Shown: positions 1 through 8,796 of the stretch, in pieces
Layout of the letters: the number at the start of each line of letters is the position of its first letter
How positions within the stretch are numbered: the first letter of the stretch is position 1
NCBI GenBank assembly: GCA_023489435.1
Contig: JAMDCA010000037.1
Coordinates: forward strand, 23,587-87,586
Source: Thermoplasmatota archaeon
Lineage (GTDB): Archaea; Thermoplasmatota; Thermoplasmata; Thermoplasmatales; Thermoplasmataceae
Reading direction: 5' to 3'
Length of the DNA stretch: 64,000 bases
Position numbers and translations under genes: made by a program
The notes under the pieces: generated by a model
The model's database searches: none
Seen by the model: the letters and a program-made list of their open reading frames with translations, nothing else
Told to the model about the DNA's origin: nothing

Positions 1-711
1 GGCCGCCACGTAGAATATCCAGTTATAATTGGGTGGTGTGCCGTAGTAAAAGGTTGTTGTGGATGAGCCTATGTTCCCATTTATGCTGATCAGCTGGTTT
101 CCGGTGGTAACCTTGAGAGTATGTTCTCCATTTCCAAGATACTTCGCAGGGTTAAGTGGGTATGTAAAATTTACACTTACCGCCTGGTTGGGCGCAATTG
201 ACTTTACTGTAACGTTTCCTATTGGGCTTCCAGAATTGTCCAGATAAAAGTTTACAGTGAGGTTCTTAACCGTGGATACTCCAGTATTCTTGACTACTGC
301 ATGGAAAACAATAGGATCAACAATAGTTACTTGGATTGTCTGCGATGTTTTCACTGCAGTTGAACCAGACTGTGCTGCGGAAATTATTGTTATGTAAAGT
401 GTCTGTGATGTGGACGGACTCGTAACGTTGAATTTGAAATCAGGTTTGCTTGCCTGGAAATTGTGTATGGAAGATGCTGGAGAAAGCCCAGTCAGATTGT
501 TTCCCGCGACATAGGCAGTGACGGAGTAGTTTGCAAAACCGCTTGTGTCATTGACATAAACAGTGAAATTCTGCCCAACAAAACTATATCCGCTTGCTGA
601 AATGGACTGGTTGAAAGGCGGTACATAGCTGTAAGCTGATGCAGTACCAACTGCCGCATATGAAGTAAGCAAAAGCAGAGCCAGCATTCCAATCAGAAAT
701 GGCTTACTCAA
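1..711 (-). CDS. Secreted surface glycoprotein with CARDB-like beta-sandwich domain. C-terminal part lies beyond the left window edge. Absent from the supplied ORF track.
   Basis: Minus-strand frame is open for all 237 codons from 711 to 1 (checked triplet by triplet; no tta/cta/tca in plus frame 1). The first possible start after the upstream in-frame stop (793-795) is TTG 709-711, which overlaps the AglB stop TGA 708-710. N-terminus (M)SKPFLIGMLALLLLTSYAAVGTASA is signal-peptide-like. VVKNTGVSTVKNLTVNFYLDNSGSPIGNVTVKSIAPNQAVSVNFTY is CARDB-like. Many N-x-S/T sequons. Confidence 0.6.
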   Translation of the reverse strand, partial: MSKPFLIGMLALLLLTSYAAVGTASAYSYVPPFNQSISASGYSFVGQNFTVYVNDTSGFANYSVTAYVAGNNLTGLSPASSIHNFQASKPDFKFNVTSPSTSQTLYITIISAAQSGSTAVKTSQTIQVTIVDPIVFHAVVKNTGVSTVKNLTVNFYLDNSGSPIGNVTVKSIAPNQAVSVNFTYPLNPAKYLGNGEHTLKVTTGNQLISINGNIGSSTTTFYYGTPPNYNWIFYVAA

Positions 712-3700
712 CTTTTTCTCCCCCTGTATGCTGAAATGCCAAGACCCGCAACAACAGCTACTACGATTACTACAATGCCGGCAATCAGGTTTTCAGTTGG
801 AGTGCCCGTATAGTTTGATGTAACAAGGGGTCCTGTGGGGTACGGAGTTACACTTGCTGATGGCGAAGACTCAAGTGTAAGGTAGGCAGCCTTTCCTGGC
901 AAACCGGTTGAAGTTGCATTGACGTTGAAGCTAACAGGATATGGGGGATTGGCCACTTTTGGACTCATTGACACGTACACTGTCTTGACAGTGTTGTATT
1001 GCAGAACCACAGTAAGGTTTGTCGAATCAGTTCCATTGAAGATTCCTGACCAGCCGTTCTGGTTAAGCACAGTTTCGTTGAATGATAAGTTAACGGTTAC
1101 CTCACCGTTTCCTGTGTTGTTCAGTATAATTGGCAGGAAAGCTTTGTTGCCTATATAGATCGGGCTAATGCCTGGTTTTAGACTGTAATTGAGGCTCTTT
1201 GCAATCACAACAGGCAGTGAAAGCTGTTTCGAGCCGCCTGAATATTTCACGTTAAACGGTATTGAACCGGCACCATATTCTTGCTTCCCAGATAGTGTTG
1301 CATTCATGGTGAATGTTGAGTTCCCGCCCACCGGTATAGTCGAATTGCCCACAAATGTTGTTTGCCAACTGCTGCTTCCGGAGGCCAGTGAAACCGTTTC
1401 ATTGCTGTTTCCGTTGTTATATAGTATGAACTGGTAGGTGAGATTGCCACCCTTGTTTATTGTTGCAACACTTGACAGTAATTTCATCTGGAAGGAGTGA
1501 ACCACTACTTTTGAAAGAGTGAGTGGCACAACCTGGTTGGATGAAAGCTGCATACTAACAGAACTGGAATATGATACTGACAGATAGCTACCGTCCACTG
1601 ACTGCTCGCTTGAGGATAAAGTGGAGGAGAAATCATATCCTCCCTCCGGCAGAAGAAGTGAACCAGAATTTGGAATGGCAACCAGCTGTGAGTTACCTGT
1701 TGTTATGTTTACCGGGTTGTTGATTGTTTTTGATTCCAGATTGACACTGAATGAGACTGAATAAGCTCTTGTCAAAGTCAAGTTCTGACCGTATGAGGTT
1801 GCATAAGCAGGAATGTTGATTGCTCCAAGGCTGGAGAGCTTGCTGGCATTGTTAACCGCATACACAGTGTACAATCCTGTTGGAGATTTAATGGTATAAC
1901 CTCCGCTGTTATTAGTAAGGCTTGAGGCAACAACATTGCCGTTTGCATTCACGTACTCAATGTAAGTGTTAGGGTATGGTGTATTTCCATAGTTGATGTT
2001 ACCTGTAACTGTGGCAAAGACCTCATTCTCCGTTGTTGAAACGTTTAAAGCCGCATTGCCTTTCAAAGAGAGACTACCTGACCCTGAATAAATGAATGAT
2101 CCGGTGCTGTTTGACTGTTTTTCAATATAGCTAACTGAATAGGTGCCCTGTGGAAGCATTATGCTTCCCTTGGATGCGTTTATGGTTCCAATGCCTGAGG
2201 TAATAGAATAGGTTCCTGAATTGAGCCCCAGGCTGTTGGACAAGTTCAGCCCATAAGCCGAAATATAGTTCGGGGAAATGGTTGTTGAGGAGGTGACGTA
2301 TGTCTTGCTTAAGTTAACCTGGTTTAAGGAGCTGTTGTAAGCATACAGGATATAATGGCCGGTCTTCACGTTTTTCAATCCATTAACTGCCGTTCCATTC
2401 AGATAGTAAAGCTTGGCCACATTGGCATTCTTAACACTTACATTGGCAAATTGAACCAGGTTCAGGGATATGTTAGAGGGTGTTCCTGTGTCTATTGAAG
2501 TATACCCGGGATCAAGCAATGACTGAATGCCGGATTGGTTTATGGTTGCCCCGTACACACCTATTGGTACCTTTACAAGACCTGTCCCGTGAAGCAGTGT
2601 GAAGTCGAAGGTTCCCTGCGATGAGGCGAGAGTAAGCGTCTGGAATGAAGTGGTCAAAAGTGTTGAATTCAGCGAAACCTGAAGGCTCTTCTCAATTGGT
2701 GAAACCGGTACCGGTACCTGTTGGGCCCCCACATTCACTGTATTCCCTGTGTAATATGAACCCGCAAATGTTACAGTAAGGCCGCTGTTTGTTCCGGATT
2801 GGTAATATAAGCTTGCAATTCCTGAAGACCCGACGGGATCATAATAGACTGGGAATCCCCCATCTTTGAGAATCACGATTCCTGAAGTAATTGCACTCTT
2901 TGCATTGTAGCTACCGGTACTGTTCTGGTTATAAAGCAGTGCTGACACGCTGTTGTTTGAAGTCAGGCTCAGATTAAGGCTCTGGTTTCCAAAAAGGTTC
3001 ACCCGGTCATATGCTGAAGAGGTCCCGCCGGTGTAAATGCCTATGCCCGCAATTGAATACACACCCTCAGGGATTTGGACCGTCAACTTGTGGGATGTTG
3101 TTGCGAAGTCATAGGATAACATTGCGGAATTATTCAGGATTTCATACGTGCCAGAATATCTTGTGGCACCAGGTACATTAGAAGCAAGGGTGATATTTGA
3201 CGATGGCTGTAGCGATATGTTAGAACTGTACGTTCCGTTCAGAACCACAGTTTTCATGTAAGACATTTGACCATCGGTTGCATAGATGGTGTAGACCCCA
3301 TAAGGCATGGATCCCGTGAAAATTCCATTGCTTGAGCTCAAAGAGATTGCATTTGACAGCAACCCATTGGTGAGAAGCTTCACACTGGTATCTGCACTAT
3401 TTCCGGATATTCCGATGGTTACATTCGCCGAAAGCTCCGGACTCAACTGCAAAGTAGTATTGCTGCCCCAGTTTAAGAAACTTGCAGATTGGCTGAAAGA
3501 TCCTACTCCGGCACCAGATGTAGAAACATTGTAAATTCCTGGTGTGACCCAGATTGTTGCAGTTCCTTCAGCGTTTGTCTTAGTCGAACCAGCAACATAA
3601 CCATTAGAACTAGTTGCAGAAACACCGATTCCGCTGATTGCTTTTCCTGCAAGTGTTACGTTTGCAAAAATTACATCATATGGAACCTTTACGTTATAAA

Positions 3701-6700
3701 CAACGTTGCCACCATTGCTGATATTGGCTGTCTGAACATTGGAAAATGTTCTGCCACCAGTTTTCAAAGACACCTTATAGGAAATAGGCGGTAGATTGGA
3801 TAATGAATACTCCCCCCCAATAATGGGTGCAGAGTAAGACAGGTTGTACTGGCTGCTGCTGTAAGTAATTGTTCCATTCTTTATCACAGATGTGACAGGT
3901 TTTGTCTGGGTGGAATTCTGTCCTGAAGATGATTGCTGATACTGGAATGCGACATTTCCCGATGCAGTGGTGTTCGAAAGCTGGAGATTCTGCTGAATAT
4001 AGTAGTCAGGAAGGCCAGTGGATTGGTTGTAGGATGTGGGTATCCTGTTAGCCTGATTTGTTGAAACATACACATTTTTTGTGCCAAGAGTGGTGTTTCC
4101 TATCAGGTACTGGTTATTTGTTGGTCCTGTTGAATAGAAAATGGTATCATTGCCAGGTAGACCGGTAACGTTGTAATATCCCTGGCTGTTTGTCTGCACA
4201 ACGCCATGTGGAATTCCATACTGGTCGAATAGAGTTACATGGACTCCGGGTACTGGGTTTCCATCCGGCATTGTGACTCTTCCATGTATGGTAGCACCAG
4301 AGTAGTAAGCAATTATGGGGTCTGATATGGAAAGAGAGGTGGAAACCGGTGGCGTAAGATCTACCGTACCCAGTTTATGCTGCTGGTAATAATAAGCCTG
4401 GGAAAGCGGCACTGTAGTCCAGGCAGACGGGTGAGCTGAGTAATCTTTGTAAGGATTGTATGGAACATTTTCGTAAACGACCATGAAGTTGCTCATATTC
4501 CAGGCAGGCTTCACGGAGTACTGGGTTGAGCCATAAGATATGCCGGGTATCCCATTAGACTGCCCGAGGACACTGGGTGGAAGCCCAACTGTGAACCGGT
4601 AAATTGAAGTGTTGTAGAATTGTGGTGTGAACTGTATATTGTAAGCATTTGGTATGTATCCCTGGGGGAGATTCTGAAGCGAGAATGTTCCATTGTTTGT
4701 GTTAGCATATATGTTGTAGTATTCCGTTGGGATAATGCCTCCACCTGGAGAGCTGTATGAGGGCGAATCTGTAAGAAAAGCAGGTGCGTAAAATATACCC
4801 GTGTTCTGAGCGGAGGTTGGCAGTAGAGAAGCAAGACTCGAATCTGTTGGAATCTGAAGATATTTTATGCTGTAACCTGTGTCTGCCATTATAGCTTGAT
4901 AAAGATTCACTAGGGTCGATACAGAATATTTGCTTGCCAGTTGGCCCTTGATATATGCAAAATACACATTAGTTCCGCTTACACCTTTAATGTACTGACC
5001 ATATATGGAGGGGCTAGCGAGTACTACACTGGTTAAGGACGTTGGATTTGAGGAGACTTTTGTTAGGTTGTTATATTCGCCATATCCCAGATACTGAATG
5101 AGTGTGTTCTTAACCGGACCATTGAAATCACCATTGGTGAAATTGGCCTGTATCAACCTGCTAACGAACAGACTGATGATTTGAGACTCATTCTGCGCGA
5201 GGAGTGTCTGTCCTGCCATTTCAACAGCCTGCTGGAAATCGTCTGCAACAGTCGGGTGCTGACCCTGATATCTTTCCTGGAAACCGTAGTCCCACCAGGA
5301 GAGGTATGAAGGTTTATCCTGTATTGGAAGGTTGGAATTCTGTGTGCTAAGCCACGCAAAGGATTTGCTCAATGGGGTAGAACCGTTCGAGATACCGCCG
5401 CTAAGCCCACCAACAAAGTTAGTGGTGTTATTTGTCTTAAGGAATCCGGGGAGCGAGTTTGCAATCTGGTTCTCTATCTGTATCTGGGCTGAACTGCCAG
5501 CTGGCACAGAGGCAGAAACCATTGAGGTTGCCGCTGGCAATACAATTAGTAATGTTACAAAGAGTACAAAAACTGCCTGAAGCCATTTGATATTACCCTT
5601 AACTGCTTTAAATGGAGAAGATGAAGCAGAGGGTTTCTTTTTCTTTACCTCATCAAGCCTGGAGATCCTTGAGAAGAGCAATAATACTCCTGCCGCAAGA
5701 ATGGCATATGCAGGTGCCGCCGTAATGTTGAAACGTGCAGCTTCAAAGCTCATGTATATGGATACTACTGAGAAAACCAATATGAGAAGTAACTGGTCAG
5801 TCTTCTCCTTGAGGAAAAGGTATGCTCCGTATCCGACTCCTACAATTCCAAGCAAAAATTGGGCAATTCCGAATCCTCCAATATAAGAGCCGAGTGCCGG
5901 TGCTGCTGCTTCAGCGATTGTAGTGTAAACTCTTGTCTTGATGAAATAACCGTCGCCGCTGATGAGTCTGTAGAAAAGGGCGGGACTAAGATGAGCCATG
6001 CCCTCAAGTCCAGCAACTACGGCAATTATGAGAACCGGTAAGACGAGTACCCATGGTCTTCTTCCAACCAGGCCTATAAGGGCACCAAAGATGAGCATAA
6101 CAAGCCCGATTTCAAGCTCAGCATTATACCATCCACTTAGCTCATTCACTCCGACGTAATAGTAAAGGCCCATTGCAAAGCCTAGGAAGATAAATAGAGT
6201 GGTGTAATAAGTAATGTATCCGGTGGGGCGCTTGAAAATAAGGTTCACAACGAGCTGAACTGCAACGTATATGAGTAGAATTGCCTCTATGTAAGCATAC
6301 CCCTGCCAGGAAAGCATAAGGCCACCTAGTGAGGCCCCAGCCAAAAGACCGTATATCGTTGCAATCCTATTTCTGTTAAAGAACTGGTAAATCTTAATAT
6401 GATACGTCTTGAAATCACTGAGGTTTTCAATGATCCTTGTCTTCTCTGAAAGCTTGATAGCCCTGAGGAAGAAGTAAATTGCAAAAAATGCGAATATAAG
6501 TTCAGGGGTGTGCATCCTTCCGCCTGACAGGATACCTGCAGAAAGATTGCTCGGCATGAGGGTGTAAAGCAGGGCGCCTACTCCAGCTGCATTCTTGCCA
6601 AAGATTTCCTTTGTGATAAGATAAACTGGAATTATGAGAAAAGCCCCAAAGACTGCGTCAAATTCCTCGAAAACATAGAAAGCGGCATTCTGGGTACCAT

Positions 6701-7037
6701 AGATTGGTGATAGGATCTCTGCTACTAAGGCTATAAGCCAGTGGAAGAAAGGATTCCTCGGATTTATGGTTCCCAACGGGTAATTTAAGGTTGGATCGTG
6801 CACCAACTGTGTATGCAGATTCAAAATGTGCAGTATTGCAACAAAGTTGTAGTAAGGATCGCTTCCTCCAGATGTAGGAAGAGCAGCTATTCCTCCACCG
6901 TAAGTGAAGGTTGCAGCCCAGTAGAAATAATTCGAGAGGAAAAGGTAGACTGCAACCAATATACCGACGATTATTACTTCTGAGTAGTTGTATATCCTAG
7001 ATAGTCCGTTAAATTTAGTCTCAAGCTGTAATTCCAT
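708..7037 (-). CDS. aglB: Archaeal oligosaccharyltransferase AglB (STT3 family) fused to a ~1200-aa sequon-rich beta-sandwich extension with a C-terminal TM anchor (2109 aa)
   Basis: Multi-TM N-terminal half. GSDPYY in the first loop. WWDYG at aa 581-585 (nt 5283-5297, verified on the plus strand as accgtagtcccacca). C-terminal extension has a CarboxypepD_reg-like segment (ATIHGRVTMPDGNPVPGVHVTLFDQYG) and CARDB/NEW3-like segments. Terminal TM LIAGIVVIVVAVVAGLGISAY plus basic tail RGRKS. Confidence 0.85.
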   Translation of the reverse strand: MELQLETKFNGLSRIYNYSEVIIVGILVAVYLFLSNYFYWAATFTYGGGIAALPTSGGSDPYYNFVAILHILNLHTQLVHDPTLNYPLGTINPRNPFFHWLIALVAEILSPIYGTQNAAFYVFEEFDAVFGAFLIIPVYLITKEIFGKNAAGVGALLYTLMPSNLSAGILSGGRMHTPELIFAFFAIYFFLRAIKLSEKTRIIENLSDFKTYHIKIYQFFNRNRIATIYGLLAGASLGGLMLSWQGYAYIEAILLIYVAVQLVVNLIFKRPTGYITYYTTLFIFLGFAMGLYYYVGVNELSGWYNAELEIGLVMLIFGALIGLVGRRPWVLVLPVLIIAVVAGLEGMAHLSPALFYRLISGDGYFIKTRVYTTIAEAAAPALGSYIGGFGIAQFLLGIVGVGYGAYLFLKEKTDQLLLILVFSVVSIYMSFEAARFNITAAPAYAILAAGVLLLFSRISRLDEVKKKKPSASSSPFKAVKGNIKWLQAVFVLFVTLLIVLPAATSMVSASVPAGSSAQIQIENQIANSLPGFLKTNNTTNFVGGLSGGISNGSTPLSKSFAWLSTQNSNLPIQDKPSYLSWWDYGFQERYQGQHPTVADDFQQAVEMAGQTLLAQNESQIISLFVSRLIQANFTNGDFNGPVKNTLIQYLGYGEYNNLTKVSSNPTSLTSVVLASPSIYGQYIKGVSGTNVYFAYIKGQLASKYSVSTLVNLYQAIMADTGYSIKYLQIPTDSSLASLLPTSAQNTGIFYAPAFLTDSPSYSSPGGGIIPTEYYNIYANTNNGTFSLQNLPQGYIPNAYNIQFTPQFYNTSIYRFTVGLPPSVLGQSNGIPGISYGSTQYSVKPAWNMSNFMVVYENVPYNPYKDYSAHPSAWTTVPLSQAYYYQQHKLGTVDLTPPVSTSLSISDPIIAYYSGATIHGRVTMPDGNPVPGVHVTLFDQYGIPHGVVQTNSQGYYNVTGLPGNDTIFYSTGPTNNQYLIGNTTLGTKNVYVSTNQANRIPTSYNQSTGLPDYYIQQNLQLSNTTASGNVAFQYQQSSSGQNSTQTKPVTSVIKNGTITYSSSQYNLSYSAPIIGGEYSLSNLPPISYKVSLKTGGRTFSNVQTANISNGGNVVYNVKVPYDVIFANVTLAGKAISGIGVSATSSNGYVAGSTKTNAEGTATIWVTPGIYNVSTSGAGVGSFSQSASFLNWGSNTTLQLSPELSANVTIGISGNSADTSVKLLTNGLLSNAISLSSSNGIFTGSMPYGVYTIYATDGQMSYMKTVVLNGTYSSNISLQPSSNITLASNVPGATRYSGTYEILNNSAMLSYDFATTSHKLTVQIPEGVYSIAGIGIYTGGTSSAYDRVNLFGNQSLNLSLTSNNSVSALLYNQNSTGSYNAKSAITSGIVILKDGGFPVYYDPVGSSGIASLYYQSGTNSGLTVTFAGSYYTGNTVNVGAQQVPVPVSPIEKSLQVSLNSTLLTTSFQTLTLASSQGTFDFTLLHGTGLVKVPIGVYGATINQSGIQSLLDPGYTSIDTGTPSNISLNLVQFANVSVKNANVAKLYYLNGTAVNGLKNVKTGHYILYAYNSSLNQVNLSKTYVTSSTTISPNYISAYGLNLSNSLGLNSGTYSITSGIGTINASKGSIMLPQGTYSVSYIEKQSNSTGSFIYSGSGSLSLKGNAALNVSTTENEVFATVTGNINYGNTPYPNTYIEYVNANGNVVASSLTNNSGGYTIKSPTGLYTVYAVNNASKLSSLGAINIPAYATSYGQNLTLTRAYSVSFSVNLESKTINNPVNITTGNSQLVAIPNSGSLLLPEGGYDFSSTLSSSEQSVDGSYLSVSYSSSVSMQLSSNQVVPLTLSKVVVHSFQMKLLSSVATINKGGNLTYQFILYNNGNSNETVSLASGSSSWQTTFVGNSTIPVGGNSTFTMNATLSGKQEYGAGSIPFNVKYSGGSKQLSLPVVIAKSLNYSLKPGISPIYIGNKAFLPIILNNTGNGEVTVNLSFNETVLNQNGWSGIFNGTDSTNLTVVLQYNTVKTVYVSMSPKVANPPYPVSFNVNATSTGLPGKAAYLTLESSPSASVTPYPTGPLVTSNYTGTPTENLIAGIVVIVVAVVAGLGISAYRGRKS

Positions 7038-7127
7038 TGGGGTCGTTCCTGAGGTGCTCTAATATAATCTAAATATAAAAAACTAATCTGAACGCACTGC
7101 ATCCTTATTCAGCTATTTTCTTAAAAA

Positions 7128-7616
7128 TCAGGCGATATAGGTTAGAGTCTCATCGTCCATGTCATAATCAAATAGCTTAGAATAGCGACCCCAGTTAAGT
7201 AGGACCCTGAATGTTACCTCTGGATCCTCAGAAGGGAATTTTCCCCCTAGGAACTCGTCCAGGTCCTCCTTCTCCATAGCACCTTCTCTACCTTTCTTGA
7301 GCAGCCCGATAATTGAAGAAAATGGTTCTATTCGGGACAGAATTTTCCTCAAGATTACTTTCCTCTGGGTAAGATCGGATTTCAGGAACAAACTGCCTTC
7401 TTTGGTAAGCGAAACATCGCCGTCTGCGACATTGACGAGCCCGAGAGCCTCAGCGTCATTAAGAAGATTGAGCAATGTAGTTCTTTCCTCATCCAGCGAA
7501 TCATCAAGTGTGGCAATGTCAACAGGTTTACCTAAATCTTCCAGTATTTCTAGTAAACCAACAATATCTCCTATGTTTTCAGTCTCTAAAAGGTGCATTT
7601 CAGATTTGTTCTCCAT
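7128..7616 (-). CDS. Stand-alone AAA-associated C-terminal domain protein (the PF09821-like domain normally found at the C-terminus of NitT/TauT-type ABC ATPases)
   Basis: 162 aa, acidic. C-terminal NWGRYSKLFDYD matches the WGRYAElFxYD signature I recall for this domain. No Walker motifs, so no ATPase module. Confidence 0.45.
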   Translation of the reverse strand: MENKSEMHLLETENIGDIVGLLEILEDLGKPVDIATLDDSLDEERTTLLNLLNDAEALGLVNVADGDVSLTKEGSLFLKSDLTQRKVILRKILSRIEPFSSIIGLLKKGREGAMEKEDLDEFLGGKFPSEDPEVTFRVLLNWGRYSKLFDYDMDDETLTYIA

Positions 7617-7758
7617 ATTTTTGTTAGCATATAGTTTTTATGCTTGAACACAAAGCTGACTCAAAGGGTCAGGCAGATCTTTGTCTCTTTGACGGGTAAG
7701 TGCGAGTCGATGCAATATCTTTGGCATACTCTTAATTCCATTTACTGTTTCACCTATT

Positions 7759-8796
7759 GTGGCATCTGGAAAACCCTCGAGAGTCAGGAGCCAGATCATC
7801 GATCTCTTAGTTAAAATTGGGAAAGATGGGATTTACCAGAAAGACCTCCAGGAAATACTGGGGATATCAAAATCATATTGTTCAGAACAGCTTGCACACC
7901 TTTCGGAGGTTGCCCGAGTCATTGCTAGACGCAAAGAAGGAGGGTTGGTCAAGGTCTACCACCTGGATTTCTACCCCGGGCTTATAAGCGGTGTCCTGAG
8001 AATTGGGATGCTAAGGTCCTCAGAGTACGCCCCTGCCATGGCGGTTTTTGATGAGGTTCTGGACAAGGCAGGTTTCAAGATTCTTTACAGATTTTATGAT
8101 GGAACTAGGGAACTCTTTCAGGATTTTAACATGAACACACTTGATTTAATGCTTGCACCTACCAAGGCGGTAATTATGTCAGGAATGGTGGAAGACAATC
8201 TTCTAGTCCTGTCGGGACTGGCTTCCGGGGGATCGGGAATAATTTCGCAAAGAGCGGGAAAATCAGCAATCCTAAGTACTGATCTGTCTTCAATGATATC
8301 TCTTGCATCAGCGACTATGCTGGAAAGACTGCCAGACCATATTGAGAGTTATGACAACCCGAATTCTGCCCTTCGTGATTTCAAGTCGGGAAAATGTAAT
8401 ATGATTGCCATATGGGAGCCTTATTTTTCCAAGTTGCTTGAGATTCCAGAAAACCACGTTGCGTTTCGCTACGAGGATACACTGGGAGATTTCCCATGCT
8501 GCATCGCGGCTGTTAACCGGAACTGCTATAGTGTTAATCGGAAGAATATCGAGGCATGGGCATCTGAATATACGAATTTGATGAATATTTCTGGAACCAA
8601 GAACCTGATGCTCAAAGAATCAGTTGAGAGAATTGCAGAAGTTACCGGAATTAGCCTCGAAATTGTGGAAAAGAGCCTCCTGAGTTATGACTTTTCAAAA
8701 AACAGCATTAGCCTTGAAAAATTGAAAAAAATGGGAATTAACCTTTCTGCAAGGCAAAGTGAACGCCTGTTCTTCCCCGGAGTTCTAACTAACTAA
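7759..8796 (+). CDS. Winged-helix DNA-binding domain fused to an NMT1/SsuA-like (type 2 periplasmic-binding-protein fold) domain; putative ligand-sensing regulator
   Basis: GTG start. N-terminal wHTH-like IIDLLVKIGKDGIYQKDLQEILGISKSYCSEQLAHL. No signal peptide or TM. The remaining ~270 aa (RIGMLRSSEYAPAMAVFDEVLDKAGFKI...) resemble nitrate/sulfonate-type substrate-binding proteins. Confidence 0.45.
   Translation: MASGKPSRVRSQIIDLLVKIGKDGIYQKDLQEILGISKSYCSEQLAHLSEVARVIARRKEGGLVKVYHLDFYPGLISGVLRIGMLRSSEYAPAMAVFDEVLDKAGFKILYRFYDGTRELFQDFNMNTLDLMLAPTKAVIMSGMVEDNLLVLSGLASGGSGIISQRAGKSAILSTDLSSMISLASATMLERLPDHIESYDNPNSALRDFKSGKCNMIAIWEPYFSKLLEIPENHVAFRYEDTLGDFPCCIAAVNRNCYSVNRKNIEAWASEYTNLMNISGTKNLMLKESVERIAEVTGISLEIVEKSLLSYDFSKNSISLEKLKKMGINLSARQSERLFFPGVLTN

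Noticed and set aside
492-692. 66-aa minus-strand ORF MECWLCFCLL... from the track
   Set aside because: It is out of frame with the 237-codon open frame that carries a proper signal peptide and CARDB-like domain. It is a frame artefact of that gene.
919-6983. Many 60-107-aa ORFs on both strands inside the aglB gene (e.g. 919-1158, 1189-1437, 3307-3534, 3489-3794, 3884-4087, 4511-4834, 5153-5359, 5332-5580, 5587-5886, 6798-6983)
   Set aside because: All lie within the 2109-aa ORF, which carries a verified WWDYG motif. Their translations are low-complexity or Cys/Arg-rich shadow frames with no motifs.
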